Of a stretch of DNA of 52,457 bases, positions 1-12,153 are shown one piece after another (positions within the stretch are counted from its first letter, which is position 1; the number at the start of each line of letters is the position of its first letter). Under the pieces are notes generated by a model, which did no database searches, had not been told where the DNA came from, and saw only the letters and a program-made list of their open reading frames with translations. The DNA comes from Rickettsia typhi (GTDB lineage Bacteria; Pseudomonadota; Alphaproteobacteria; Rickettsiales; JABSSG01), in the NCBI GenBank assembly GCA_945877755.1, contig CAMCSP010000001.1, positions 1 to 52,457 on the forward strand, read 5' to 3'. The position numbers were made by a program, and so were the translations under genes.

Positions 1-125
1 TGAATCACATAAAGCTGCATTTCGATGCCGCCTATTGCTTGTGATTCGATGTCTATGATTTTTCCAACACCATGTGATGGGTATACAACACTATCTCCGG
101 CTTTAAAATTTATATCAGATAACAT
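1..125 (-). CDS. carD: CarD/CdnL-family transcription regulator, N-terminal part (runs off window)
   Basis: Reverse-strand ATG at 125-123 preceded by an AGGAGA Shine-Dalgarno. Translation MLSDINFKAGDSVVYPSHGVGKIIDIESQAIGGIEMQLYVI matches the CarD N-terminal RNAP-interacting domain pattern (GD.VVYP.HGVG.I..IE). Confidence 0.7.
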   Translation of the reverse strand, partial: MLSDINFKAGDSVVYPSHGVGKIIDIESQAIGGIEMQLYVI

Positions 126-223
126 AAACACTTCTCCTTTTAAATTTTATACAAAGTAGATGAATTAACAAGTCGCATTGTATCACAAAAATTCAATTGT
201 TCCAAGAGATAATTATATAAATT

Positions 224-673
224 TCATTTACCTTTTCTTAATAACCTTCCTTTTTCCCGCTGCCAGTCTCGCTCTTTAATGGTAGCCCTTTTATCGAAAA
301 GTTTTTTACCTGATGCGATGGCAATTTCAACTTTCACGCGATTATTGTCATTAAAATACATTTTTAAAGGTATGATAGTATTACCCTTAATCTTAAGAAA
401 CCCAAGAAATTTATTAATTTGTTTAGAATGTAATAATAATTTTCTTTGCCTTTTTTCATCATGATTAAATTGATTAGATTGTGCATATTTTGCAATATTA
501 GAATTTATTAGATATAATTCTCCTTTATAATCGCTAATATAAGCCTCTTCTATGCTAGCTTTACCATTACGCAAAGATTTTATCTCACTGCCTGTTAGAA
601 TGATTCCTGCTTCAAATTTATCTTCAATGAAATAATTAAAACTTGCTTTGCGGTTGGTAGATATTACTTTCAT
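224..673 (-). CDS. smpB: SsrA-binding protein SmpB
   Basis: 149 aa. N-terminus NRKASFNYFIEDKFEAGIILTGSEIKSLR and a basic C-terminal tail are characteristic of SmpB. Confidence 0.9.
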   Translation of the reverse strand: MKVISTNRKASFNYFIEDKFEAGIILTGSEIKSLRNGKASIEEAYISDYKGELYLINSNIAKYAQSNQFNHDEKRQRKLLLHSKQINKFLGFLKIKGNTIIPLKMYFNDNNRVKVEIAIASGKKLFDKRATIKERDWQREKGRLLRKGK

Positions 674-1554
674 ATTAATTCTAATGATTTGAGTATATTT
701 TTCACTCTTTCCTTATTAACGTCGCTTAATTCCCACAATGGTAATCTTACCGCGTTAGAACATATTCCCATTAGTTCTAAGGCGTATTTTACTGGTACTG
801 GATTAGACTCGCAGAATAATACATCATAAAGCGGTAAAAGCTTTCTATGAAGTTCTAGCGCTTGGTTATATTTACCTTGTTGGCATAAATTTTGAATTTG
901 TACCATTTGCGTAGGAACAACATTTGAAGCAACAGAAATGGAGCCATGTCCGCCATTAGCATTGTGTGCTACAAAAGTAGCATCATCGCCGCTAAGCAAA
1001 GTAAAATCTGCACGCTGTAACTGGTTTAATATCTGCAAAGGACGCTCTAAATTAGCTGTAGCATCTTTAAGCGCTATTATTCGTGGCAATTTGGCTAATT
1101 GTGCTACGGTGGCGGGTAATAAATCAGTAACGGTTCTACTTGGAACATTATACAACACTAGACCTATATTAATAGCATCGTGAATTGCCTTATAATGCTC
1201 ATATAATCCTTTTTGTGATGGTTTATTATAATACGGCACCACTGCCATAACTGCATCAACCCCGAGGCCTGAAACTGCTTGTGCTAAAGCAATAGTTTTT
1301 GCGGTATTATTCGTACCAATACCAGCTATAACTGGTATGCGTTTATCAGTAATTTCTGTGCATAATTTGATCACTTGTAAGATTTCTTGATCTTCTAAAG
1401 TAGCAAATTCACCGGTAGAACCACATGGCACTAAACCATGGATACCGCTTTTAATCTGATGTTCTATTAATTTCTCAAAAGCACTTTCATCTATCTTGTC
1501 ATTTTTAAATGGGGTAACAAGAGCAGTGAACATGCCATGAATTTTTGTAACCAT
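670..1554 (-). CDS. dapA: 4-hydroxy-tetrahydrodipicolinate synthase
   Basis: 294 aa. GLVPCGSTGEFATL and YNVPSRT motifs and typical DapA length. 4-nt overlap with smpB. Confidence 0.9.
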   Translation of the reverse strand: MVTKIHGMFTALVTPFKNDKIDESAFEKLIEHQIKSGIHGLVPCGSTGEFATLEDQEILQVIKLCTEITDKRIPVIAGIGTNNTAKTIALAQAVSGLGVDAVMAVVPYYNKPSQKGLYEHYKAIHDAINIGLVLYNVPSRTVTDLLPATVAQLAKLPRIIALKDATANLERPLQILNQLQRADFTLLSGDDATFVAHNANGGHGSISVASNVVPTQMVQIQNLCQQGKYNQALELHRKLLPLYDVLFCESNPVPVKYALELMGICSNAVRLPLWELSDVNKERVKNILKSLELI

Positions 1555-1628
1555 ATTAACCTCAAGACAATAAATAATCTATCAGTTGTTTTACTCCAGA
1601 TTTAGGGAGCTGTAAAGTTTTACTGAGT

Positions 1629-2177
1629 TTACCACAAATAAGTCGTAGGATTATCAGGGCATTGTGAAAAACCACACTCCAAGAAAACAGAGACGATGTT
1701 TATAACAATAACAATTCCAACCAATAAGAAAGAGATGGTTTGAATAGTTTTCGAAGTTTTATCAATAATAACTCTCTTTTCTGTAGGGATTTCTAAGCTT
1801 AAAACGAAGCTATTGAAAATAACAAAAGTCATGGAAATGATGAATGACCACGTATATAAATGTAGCCCATACACAGCACTGCCATATGATTCGGTGCCAG
1901 GGATAACGTGTAAAGCTATTTGTCTTAGAGCAACAAAGGCAGTAAATACCGCAAATAATAATGACATACTAACATGGCTTGCTTTATATCCAAAGTGGAG
2001 GTTTAAGCATAATGCTACCATCATTCCCATAAATCCAAATCTTTGCAATAAACATAAAGGACAAGGCAATTCGCCTAAATAAAATTGGATTAGCAATGCT
2101 AGCATCATTAAAAGCCATAGACCGATAATTTCAAAAACATTAATGGATTTAGTAATAAACTCCAATTTCATAGGCAT
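1629..2177 (-). CDS. DsbB-like disulfide bond formation membrane protein
   Basis: 182 aa, about 5 hydrophobic segments. CPLC motif directly after the first TM (GELPCPLCLLQR) as in the DsbB family. The second Cys pair (CGFSQC) sits at the extreme C-terminus. Confidence 0.5.
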   Translation of the reverse strand: MPMKLEFITKSINVFEIIGLWLLMMLALLIQFYLGELPCPLCLLQRFGFMGMMVALCLNLHFGYKASHVSMSLLFAVFTAFVALRQIALHVIPGTESYGSAVYGLHLYTWSFIISMTFVIFNSFVLSLEIPTEKRVIIDKTSKTIQTISFLLVGIVIVINIVSVFLECGFSQCPDNPTTYLW

Positions 2178-2182
2178 ACTCC

Positions 2183-2359
2183 TTAAAGCTGGATATTAAG
2201 ACTAGAAGTAACATGATAAAAAAATAAAGAGCTGCCAACTATCAAATTGAATATTAATAGTGACACGGCAATTCTTCTCTTATCAGACCATATGATTAAG
2301 AGATTAATTAATAAAAGAATGAATATAAGTACCATATCTGTCTCCATTTTTCTTTTCAT
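2183..2359 (-). CDS. small hypothetical two-TM membrane protein (ATG at 2359; the track ORF starts at TTG 2389)
   Basis: ORF fills the gap between acnA and the dsbB-like gene on the same strand. Two hydrophobic stretches. No recognisable family. Confidence 0.25.
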   Translation of the reverse strand: MKRKMETDMVLIFILLLINLLIIWSDKRRIAVSLLIFNLIVGSSLFFYHVTSSLNIQL

Positions 2360-2404
2360 GGTACAGCAGTATATAAGACTTGCAATCAAAAAATGTATTA
2401 GACT

Positions 2405-5086
2405 TTAAAGCAATTCTCTAATCATATAAGGGAGAACGCCACTATGTTTCAAATACTCAATCTCTTGAATAGTATCAACTCGGCATATGAGGTTAATTTC
2501 TTTATGTTTACCATTTGCATAATGAATCACCAATTTCACCTCAGATTTTGGTTTCATTTCTGGAGAAAGGCCAAGCAAGTCAAAGGTCTCATCACCTTCC
2601 AGAGCTAAATCTTTACGAGTGATTCCGCTTTTGAATACGATTGGCAACACACCCATTCCTACTAGATTAGAACGATGAATGCGTTCGAAGCTTTCAGCTA
2701 TTACGGCTTTCACTCCAAGCAAAAGAGTGCCTTTTGCTGCCCAATCTCTGGATGATCCTGTGCCATATTCTTTGCCAGCGATAATAATAAGTGGAATATT
2801 ATCTTCTTTATATTTCATTGCAGCATCATAAATGCTTAGCACTTCTTTTGTCGGCATATAAGTAGTAACGCCGCCCTCAATTCCTGGTGTAAGTTCATTT
2901 TTGATTCTAATATTGGCAAAGGTGCCCCGCATCATCACTTCGTGATTACCGCGTCTTGCACCATAAGAGTTGAAATCAGCCTGTTGTACATTATGTTCTT
3001 GCAGGTATTTTGCTGCAGGACTAGCTTTTGCAATATTACCTGCAGGTGAGATATGATCGGTGGTAATGCTATCACCAAGCAATGCAAGTAACTTTGCTGA
3101 CTTAACTTCAGAAATAGTGCCAGGGGTTTTTGCCATATTGTCAAAATATGGAGGATTTTTAACATAAGTACTTTGTTCATTCCAATTGTAGGTCGTAGTT
3201 TTGGCAATATTAATGCTTTGCCACAATTTATCACCGGAGAAAACATCCTGATATTTTTCTCTAAACATTTTTGGAGTAACACATCTTTTTACCAATTCAG
3301 CAACTTCTTCATTTGATGGCCAGATGTCTTTCAAATAAACATCATTTCCATTTTTATCTTTTCCAAGGGAATCTTTAGTTAAATCAATATTAACTGTACC
3401 GGCTAAGGCATAAGCCACAACTAATGGTGGTGATGCCAAATAATTTGCTCTAACGAATGGATGAATTCTTCCTTCAAAATTTCGATTTCCAGATAATACT
3501 GCAGACACAGTTAGCTGATTAGCAGTAATCACATCTTCAATCGGTTTATGCAATGGCCCCGAGTTACCAATACAGGTAGTGCAACCATAACCAACCAAAG
3601 AGAATCCAATGTTATCTAAATCATTTTGTAAATTAGTGGCATCTAAATATTCAGTTACTACTTTGGAACCTGGAGCCAATGAAGTTTTTACCCATGGTTT
3701 AACCTTAATGCCTTTTTCCACAGCTTTTCTTGCTACTAACCCAGCAGCAAGCATTACAGATGGATTAGAGGTATTGGTACAACTTGTAATAGCTGCAATA
3801 ACTAAATCTCCATGTCCAAGTTTATAATCTTCGCTATGAACCTGATACTTTGTTTCAATAGAATGATCTTTGGAAAGTGATGTTTCCAGTTCTTTTAGTA
3901 AAGAGTTTTGTACTTGATTTAAGACAACTTTATCTTGTGGACGTTTTGGTCCAGCCATACAAGGTTCAACAGTTGTTAAATCTAATTCGATGATATCAGT
4001 AAATATTGGCTCAACGCTGTTTTCGTCATGCCAAATGCCTTGCAGTTTTGCGTATTGCTCCACCAGGTCAATCTGTGCTTGCTCTCTTCCGGAAAGATGT
4101 AGATAATTTAGTGTTTCTTGATCTATTGGAAAGTATCCACAAGTAGCGCCATATTCTGGGGCCATATTTGCAATGGTAGCGCGATCAGCTAAAGATAAAT
4201 GTTGCAATCCACTTCCAAAGAATTCAACAAATTTACCAACTACACCTTTTTTACGCAGCATATTCGTTACAGTTAGCACTAAGTCAGTTGCAGTAACGCC
4301 TTCAGATAGCTTGCCTCTTAATTTAAAGCCGATAACTTCTGGTATTACCATTGAAGTTGGTTGACCGAGCATTGCGGCCTCGGCCTCAATTCCGCCAACC
4401 CCCCAACCTAATACGGCTAAACCATTAACCATGGTGGTGTGGCTATCTGTACCAAATACGGTATCGGGATATACAGTTAACACGCCATCAACTTTTGATG
4501 ACCAAACTACCCTGGCAAGATATTCCAAATTAATTTGATGACAAATCCCTGTTCCAGGCGGTACAACTCTAAAATTATCAAATGCTTCCTGTCCCCAGTG
4601 TAAAAATTCATAACGTTCTTTGTTACGGTCAAATTCTATTTTTACGTTTTTTTCGAATGAATCTTTATGTCCGTAATAATCTACTTGTACTGAGTGGTCA
4701 ATCACTAAATCCACTAGCGATAATGGATTAATTTTTTGTGAATTTCCTCCAAGAACAACCATTGCATCACGCATCGCTGCTAAATCTACTATTGCTGGTA
4801 CACCGGTGAAATCTTGCATTAGAACTCGTGCTGGTCTGAATGCAATCTCGTGATTTGAACTTTTAGTTTTAACCCAATCCATTAATGCGGTTATATCTTC
4901 GATAAATACTGTTTTATTATCTTGATTGCGTAATAAATTTTCTAACAAAATTTTTAATGTGATTGGTAATGCGCTAATATCTCGTGAAATTTGATCAGCT
5001 GCTGACTGTAAACTATAATACTCATACTCAAGATTGCTAATTTTAAATTTTTTAGTCACCATCAGTTTTTTTGTGCTGTTACTCAT
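2405..5086 (-). CDS. acnA: aconitate hydratase A
   Basis: 893 aa, full-length aconitase/IRP architecture. Fe-S ligand region ITSCTNTSNP and GCTTCIGNSG motifs. Confidence 0.95.
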   Translation of the reverse strand: MSNSTKKLMVTKKFKISNLEYEYYSLQSAADQISRDISALPITLKILLENLLRNQDNKTVFIEDITALMDWVKTKSSNHEIAFRPARVLMQDFTGVPAIVDLAAMRDAMVVLGGNSQKINPLSLVDLVIDHSVQVDYYGHKDSFEKNVKIEFDRNKERYEFLHWGQEAFDNFRVVPPGTGICHQINLEYLARVVWSSKVDGVLTVYPDTVFGTDSHTTMVNGLAVLGWGVGGIEAEAAMLGQPTSMVIPEVIGFKLRGKLSEGVTATDLVLTVTNMLRKKGVVGKFVEFFGSGLQHLSLADRATIANMAPEYGATCGYFPIDQETLNYLHLSGREQAQIDLVEQYAKLQGIWHDENSVEPIFTDIIELDLTTVEPCMAGPKRPQDKVVLNQVQNSLLKELETSLSKDHSIETKYQVHSEDYKLGHGDLVIAAITSCTNTSNPSVMLAAGLVARKAVEKGIKVKPWVKTSLAPGSKVVTEYLDATNLQNDLDNIGFSLVGYGCTTCIGNSGPLHKPIEDVITANQLTVSAVLSGNRNFEGRIHPFVRANYLASPPLVVAYALAGTVNIDLTKDSLGKDKNGNDVYLKDIWPSNEEVAELVKRCVTPKMFREKYQDVFSGDKLWQSINIAKTTTYNWNEQSTYVKNPPYFDNMAKTPGTISEVKSAKLLALLGDSITTDHISPAGNIAKASPAAKYLQEHNVQQADFNSYGARRGNHEVMMRGTFANIRIKNELTPGIEGGVTTYMPTKEVLSIYDAAMKYKEDNIPLIIIAGKEYGTGSSRDWAAKGTLLLGVKAVIAESFERIHRSNLVGMGVLPIVFKSGITRKDLALEGDETFDLLGLSPEMKPKSEVKLVIHYANGKHKEINLICRVDTIQEIEYLKHSGVLPYMIRELL

Positions 5087-5172
5087 ATCACCTCTAGAAA
5101 TATTAAGGGTTTGCTTTGTAGCTATCTTTGTTATAATAAACTTCTAATAAGATTCTGTCAAAGGAGTTAAGT

Positions 5173-5787
5173 ATGCTAACTTGCCAAAACTTAAGTTTAG
5201 AAAATAACTATGGCATTGTTTTCAAAAACATTGGCTTTACCTTATTGCCTGGTAGCTTGTTAATAATTAAAGGTGCAAATGGCAGTGGCAAAACTTGCTT
5301 GCTTAAAATGCTGGTGGGATTAATTGAGCACGGAATTGGAAAAATCTTATGGAACAAGATTGATATCAGTGAGGACTTACAATCATTTCAGCAAAATGTT
5401 TGTTATATTGGTCATAATAATGCTTTAAAAAAGGAACTAACTGTTTTCGAGAATTTAGATTTTTGGTGCAAGTTAAAAGGCCTTCCTGAATTATTTTTGC
5501 CAGCAATCCATCATTTTAATTTGCACGATATTTTAGATGTAAATATTGAATCTCTTTCAATTGGCTGGCAAAGAAAAGTTGAGTTAGCTCGATTATTATT
5601 ATCACAAACTAATTTATGGTTATTAGATGAGCCAGAAATCAATCTCGATAAAAATGCGCAGGATTTATTAATGGATCTTATTAAAGTTAGGGTAAGAGAG
5701 CGAGGGATAGTAATAATAGCAAGCCATGGCTTAGATGATTTGCCATATGCGACTTATTTAGATATTCGGGGATTTAAAAATGAGTAA
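5173..5787 (+). CDS. ccmA: heme exporter ATP-binding protein CcmA
   Basis: 204 aa ABC ATPase. Walker A GANGSGKT, signature-like LSIGWQRK, Walker B LWLLDEP. Followed by, and overlapping, ccmB. Confidence 0.8.
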   Translation: MLTCQNLSLENNYGIVFKNIGFTLLPGSLLIIKGANGSGKTCLLKMLVGLIEHGIGKILWNKIDISEDLQSFQQNVCYIGHNNALKKELTVFENLDFWCKLKGLPELFLPAIHHFNLHDILDVNIESLSIGWQRKVELARLLLSQTNLWLLDEPEINLDKNAQDLLMDLIKVRVRERGIVIIASHGLDDLPYATYLDIRGFKNE

Positions 5788-6454
5788 TGTTTTTGCTACT
5801 ATATTAAAGCGTGATTTAGTAATTGCTTTTCTGCGTAATGGGCATTTCTTTAACAGTTTGGCTTTTTTCAGTATTACAACTTTATTGCTAATTTCTATTC
5901 TTTCTCATGGAGATCCTAAAGTAAATCTAAATTTGCTTAATGTAATTCTGTTGCCATATATTTTTGCGGCATTACTATCTGCTTCTGAAATTTTTCAAGC
6001 AGACTTTAATGACTCAACATTAGAGCAATTGCTTATTTCAGGTAATTCCAGCGTTAGTATCGTAATTTCTAAAATTATAGTACATTGGTTGCAATTATTT
6101 ATAATTTTGCTTATTTCAGTACCGTTATTGTGTTTCATTTATAATATAAATTTATTTTTAAATCTATTTAGTATTTATGGAGCATTGTTTTTGTTATCTT
6201 TATCTATTTCTTCCTTGGTTACCTTTGCTTCTGCACTAACTTTAAGAATTAGTAACGGCGTAATAATCTCATGTTTAATAGTTATGCCGCTAACAATAAT
6301 TTTATTGCTGTATGTGGCTTCAATCTTGAATTCAATTACAGAAAACGTGGATTCTTCTATTTTGGTTATTGATATAAAGATATTATTCGCGCTTACGATT
6401 GTTTTCTCTTTGATTTCAATTTTGGCTTGTAGTTATGTTTTAAAAAAAATATAA
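5780..6454 (+). CDS. ccmB: heme exporter membrane protein CcmB
   Basis: 224 aa polytopic membrane protein, translationally overlapped with ccmA. N-terminal ...LKRDL...AF pattern and size fit CcmB. Confidence 0.75.
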   Translation: MSNVFATILKRDLVIAFLRNGHFFNSLAFFSITTLLLISILSHGDPKVNLNLLNVILLPYIFAALLSASEIFQADFNDSTLEQLLISGNSSVSIVISKIIVHWLQLFIILLISVPLLCFIYNINLFLNLFSIYGALFLLSLSISSLVTFASALTLRISNGVIISCLIVMPLTIILLLYVASILNSITENVDSSILVIDIKILFALTIVFSLISILACSYVLKKI

Positions 6455-6501
6455 TAATACAAAATGGCTAAAATTGTTAATTAATTTATCAAGAGGAAAG
6501 A

Positions 6502-6795
6502 ATGTTTGAATTTTTCATGTGGCTTAAGACGATTCCAGATGCAATGCAAAAGCTGTTCTCTGGCTTTCGTTCAACATTTATTTTCGGTGTTATTAGGTAT
6601 TGGTACTATTTGATGACTATACCAGCTATCTATGCTGTATATGCTCTTCTTAAAGCATTGGAAACCAGTGGCATAATGGATAAATTTAAGGCCATAGTTG
6701 TAGGTATGCTAGCTACCATAAATAATATTACTGTTAACTGTTTTCCTTTAATTGCTAATTTAAAGGCAATGATTGCTTGCATTAATGTCAGTTAA
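6502..6795 (+). CDS. hypothetical small membrane protein
   Basis: 97 aa, GAGGAAAG Shine-Dalgarno 5 nt upstream of the ATG, two to three hydrophobic segments. No family recognised. Confidence 0.35.
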   Translation: MFEFFMWLKTIPDAMQKLFSGFRSTFIFGVIRYWYYLMTIPAIYAVYALLKALETSGIMDKFKAIVVGMLATINNITVNCFPLIANLKAMIACINVS

Positions 6796-6796
6796 A

Positions 6797-7390
6797 TTAA
6801 ACTTTTTTAGCTTGCGCAACTCCAAGAGCCCAAAGTGAGTATTTGTAAATTATCACTCCTATAACAGCATATATACTTGGCATTGGAATATTGTTACCTG
6901 AGTTTATAGCTAGATTTAGAACCACCACTGCAATTAAAAATGCTACAATAATTTTATTATAAGAGATATTAAGTGGTTTAATATATTTAGAATATAATAT
7001 AATTGCCGTGCTTAAACCGATGAATTTTAAAAAATCCATTGCTTGAATTTCACTAAGTCTTTGAAACATCTCATCAATTTTATGGATATTTGAGAACGAA
7101 AATGAATTCCCAAATATTTTATAATAACAGAAATTGATTAGGCTGGTGATTATAAATAAAATCCAAATCGAATTGCGTAAGGCTGTATTAGAGCTATTTA
7201 AAAACAAAACTAATCCCCATATACCAATCAGCCAGCTGAAAGAAGATAAAATATGAGTATAATGTATTTTCATATTTTTCAGATTTTCTATAGAAGTAAT
7301 AAATTGTTCAAAAGATGGATCTAGAAAGGCGGCGTATGTTATTAAAAACGTGATAAATCCAAGTAGACGTAATAAAGACAGTTGTTGCAT
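6797..7390 (-). CDS. hypothetical polytopic membrane protein
   Basis: 197 aa, about 5 hydrophobic segments. Sole long ORF in the interval. No family recognised. Confidence 0.45.
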   Translation of the reverse strand: MQQLSLLRLLGFITFLITYAAFLDPSFEQFITSIENLKNMKIHYTHILSSFSWLIGIWGLVLFLNSSNTALRNSIWILFIITSLINFCYYKIFGNSFSFSNIHKIDEMFQRLSEIQAMDFLKFIGLSTAIILYSKYIKPLNISYNKIIVAFLIAVVVLNLAINSGNNIPMPSIYAVIGVIIYKYSLWALGVAQAKKV

Positions 7391-7621
7391 AGCTAACCTC
7401 TTTTTTATATTTATAAGATCAATTCTAGCACAATCTAGAAATTTTTCTAGTTTCTTTCAACGTTGTTTATTTTTTCTAATCTAAAATTTTGTAAGGAAAA
7501 TATCTTAAAATATATCTAATTTTCATCAGCGTAGAGTCTATAAGGGGCAAGTGTAAGAAAAATATTACTTAAATCTATATAACGCTACTTTTTGTAAATC
7601 AGAATATTTTTAATTTTGTGT

Positions 7622-7650
7622 TTGACAAACTCTGTATCTAAGAATATAAC
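7622..7650 (+). promoter_or_regulatory. sigma70-type promoter of the 23S-5S operon (TTGACA-N17-TATAAC)
   Basis: TTGACA at 7622-7627, 17-nt spacer, TATAAC at 7645-7650, about 155 nt upstream of mature 23S. Confidence 0.5.
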
Positions 7651-7658
7651 ACAATCCT

Positions 7659-7694
7659 ACTATAAATTCGTTTTATAGTTTTTGCTGTTTAAAA
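7659..7694 (+). promoter_or_regulatory. rRNA leader antitermination-like elements (boxB-like hairpin plus boxA-like TGCTGTTTAAAA)
   Basis: Hairpin ACTATAAA/TTTATAGT (7659-7679) is followed by TGCTGTTTAAAA (7683-7694), which resembles the E. coli boxA TGCTCTTTAACA. Confidence 0.35.
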
Positions 7695-7803
7695 TTGTAA
7701 ATAAAATCTGCAAATGCCGCGCTTGGTCATAAGACCAAGAGCGTTGAGTTGATATTTGAAATGCAGTTTTAACACTGTATATGCAATCTCAAGTCTTAGT
7801 AAA

Positions 7804-10568
<2,765 letters not shown>

Positions 10569-10681
10569 TTTTCTATGACTTATTGCATATGCAGCGTTAA
10601 TGCTGCATGTAGAAAAAACATCCCAAAACAACATTTGCAGATTTTTATTTACCAATTAAGCATGAAAATGTTCGCTTAATT

Positions 10682-10799
10682 GGCTTGGTGGCTATAGCGC
10701 ATGGGAACCACACGATCCCATCCCGAACTCGAACGTGAAAACGTGCAGCGCTGATGGTACTGCGTCTTAAGACGTGGGAGAGTAAGTTACTGCCAAGCC
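10682..10799 (+). rRNA. rrf: 5S ribosomal RNA
   Basis: GGCTTGGTGGC...CCCATCCCGAACTCG...GGGAGAGTAAGT...GCCAAGCC. Helix I is closed by GGCTTGG/CCAAGCC, about 118 nt, 113 nt after the 23S. Confidence 0.9.
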
Positions 10800-10800
10800 T

Positions 10801-10826
10801 ATTAAGCGAACATTTTTCTTTTTATT
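10801..10826 (+). terminator. 3' half of the 5S precursor stem followed by a T-rich tract (probable operon end)
   Basis: ATTAAGCGAACATTTT (10801-10816) is the perfect complement of AAAATGTTCGCTTAAT (10665-10680). It is followed by TCTTTTTATT. Confidence 0.4.
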
Positions 10827-10884
10827 AACATTGCCAAGGCCTAACTTATACATTTCAAGGCATTAACTATTTTTTAATCTTTTT

Positions 10885-11655
10885 TTGTCACACTTAATTT
10901 TTAGTGATAATGAAATATTGAGATTGACTGTGCCAAATAGTCCAAATGCAGCTACAGACATTCAACAATTAATTGATAAAATTATACCAGAATTGGCAAT
11001 TTTTATTGTTGGTCGTCGTGTGTCTAGTGGTGATAATATGAATTATCAGATTGCTCTTTTATGTGATTCTTTGAAGAAATTGAGCGATGGTGATAGAGAG
11101 AAAATTCTTTCCCAATCTGTGTATGGTGTGAATATAACAGGTGGTTTTTTATCTTTTCTGAAAAAAAATGCCGGACTAAAACTCTCAATTACTTTAGGTG
11201 AAGCTATAGGACGTTACTATGATATTATTTTAGAAAATAACCCTGATGAAGAATTTAAAAGAGTTTTTTTTAGTGATGATTTAGGCAAAAAATTTATTAA
11301 GACTAGAGATAAAGAATTACATAGAGAATTTGAGTCTGACTCGGAAATAAAAATTCAACTAGCATTTAGAAATCATTCTATAAGGAATAAAAAGCCCCTT
11401 TCAAGAACGTCTAATACTGAAAGTGAACATACTGCTGATCCAGCTGTCTCTGATCTATCTGGAAGAAGTAGCTCTAGTGATGCTATTTCAATTATAAAGG
11501 CAAGAGCCTCCCTTCCAAAAGTTGATAAAAAAGCTACTTTAGCAATGTTAGGTGGATTTGAACCCACAACAAATATGATGCGTAATCATAAAATTGCTAA
11601 AGCTCTTGCTACTAGTTCAAACCAGCATCTTGGTAAAATAAAAAAAATTATCTGA
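10885..11655 (+). CDS. hypothetical protein (TTG start; first ATG is at 11038), Ser-rich C-terminal third
   Basis: 256-aa open frame directly behind the rRNA operon. No recognisable domain, no signal peptide or TM. Low-complexity stretch SDLSGRSSSSDAIS and basic tail GKIKKII. Confidence 0.4.
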   Translation: MSHLIFSDNEILRLTVPNSPNAATDIQQLIDKIIPELAIFIVGRRVSSGDNMNYQIALLCDSLKKLSDGDREKILSQSVYGVNITGGFLSFLKKNAGLKLSITLGEAIGRYYDIILENNPDEEFKRVFFSDDLGKKFIKTRDKELHREFESDSEIKIQLAFRNHSIRNKKPLSRTSNTESEHTADPAVSDLSGRSSSSDAISIIKARASLPKVDKKATLAMLGGFEPTTNMMRNHKIAKALATSSNQHLGKIKKII

Positions 11656-11997
11656 AGACATTGCAACAAATCAAATTCAACTAGATAATTTCTTCTATTA
11701 AATTAAGACAACGTATTACAACCAGAATTATAGGGGGTGTGAAGAATTAAGAAGAGTTAATAGCAAGTACTGCTAGAAGGTCTCAACTCCAATAGTTCCT
11801 AAAACGGTATTATTATGTACAAAATAATAAAAGTAATGATACTCTAAATGTCCTGTATGAGCATAATAGGGCATATAGAATATCGTTTTGTTCTGCGATT
11901 TAGACGAGCTAGCATATTTCTCGGACTTGAGTTTTTAGCCTCGACCAAACATGCCTCGTCTTATACATGACAATGCCTTCCTAAACTTCACTTTTTG

Positions 11998-12025
11998 TTG
12001 ACAAAGTACAAAATTATGATATAAC
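11998..12025 (+). promoter_or_regulatory. sigma70-type promoter candidate for the substrate-binding protein gene
   Basis: TTGACA (11998-12003), 16-nt spacer, TATAAC (12020-12025). Same hexamers as the rRNA promoter. Confidence 0.35.
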
Positions 12026-12153
12026 TTCTTTACTAAAATAAGGGTAAAAAATGAATTTAGGTCGTTATAATATATTGAGTGAGTGTTGGCGTAGTTAACC
12101 CTATTTGCTACATTATTTTGTTTACACTCAAAATTATTATAAGGATTAAAATC

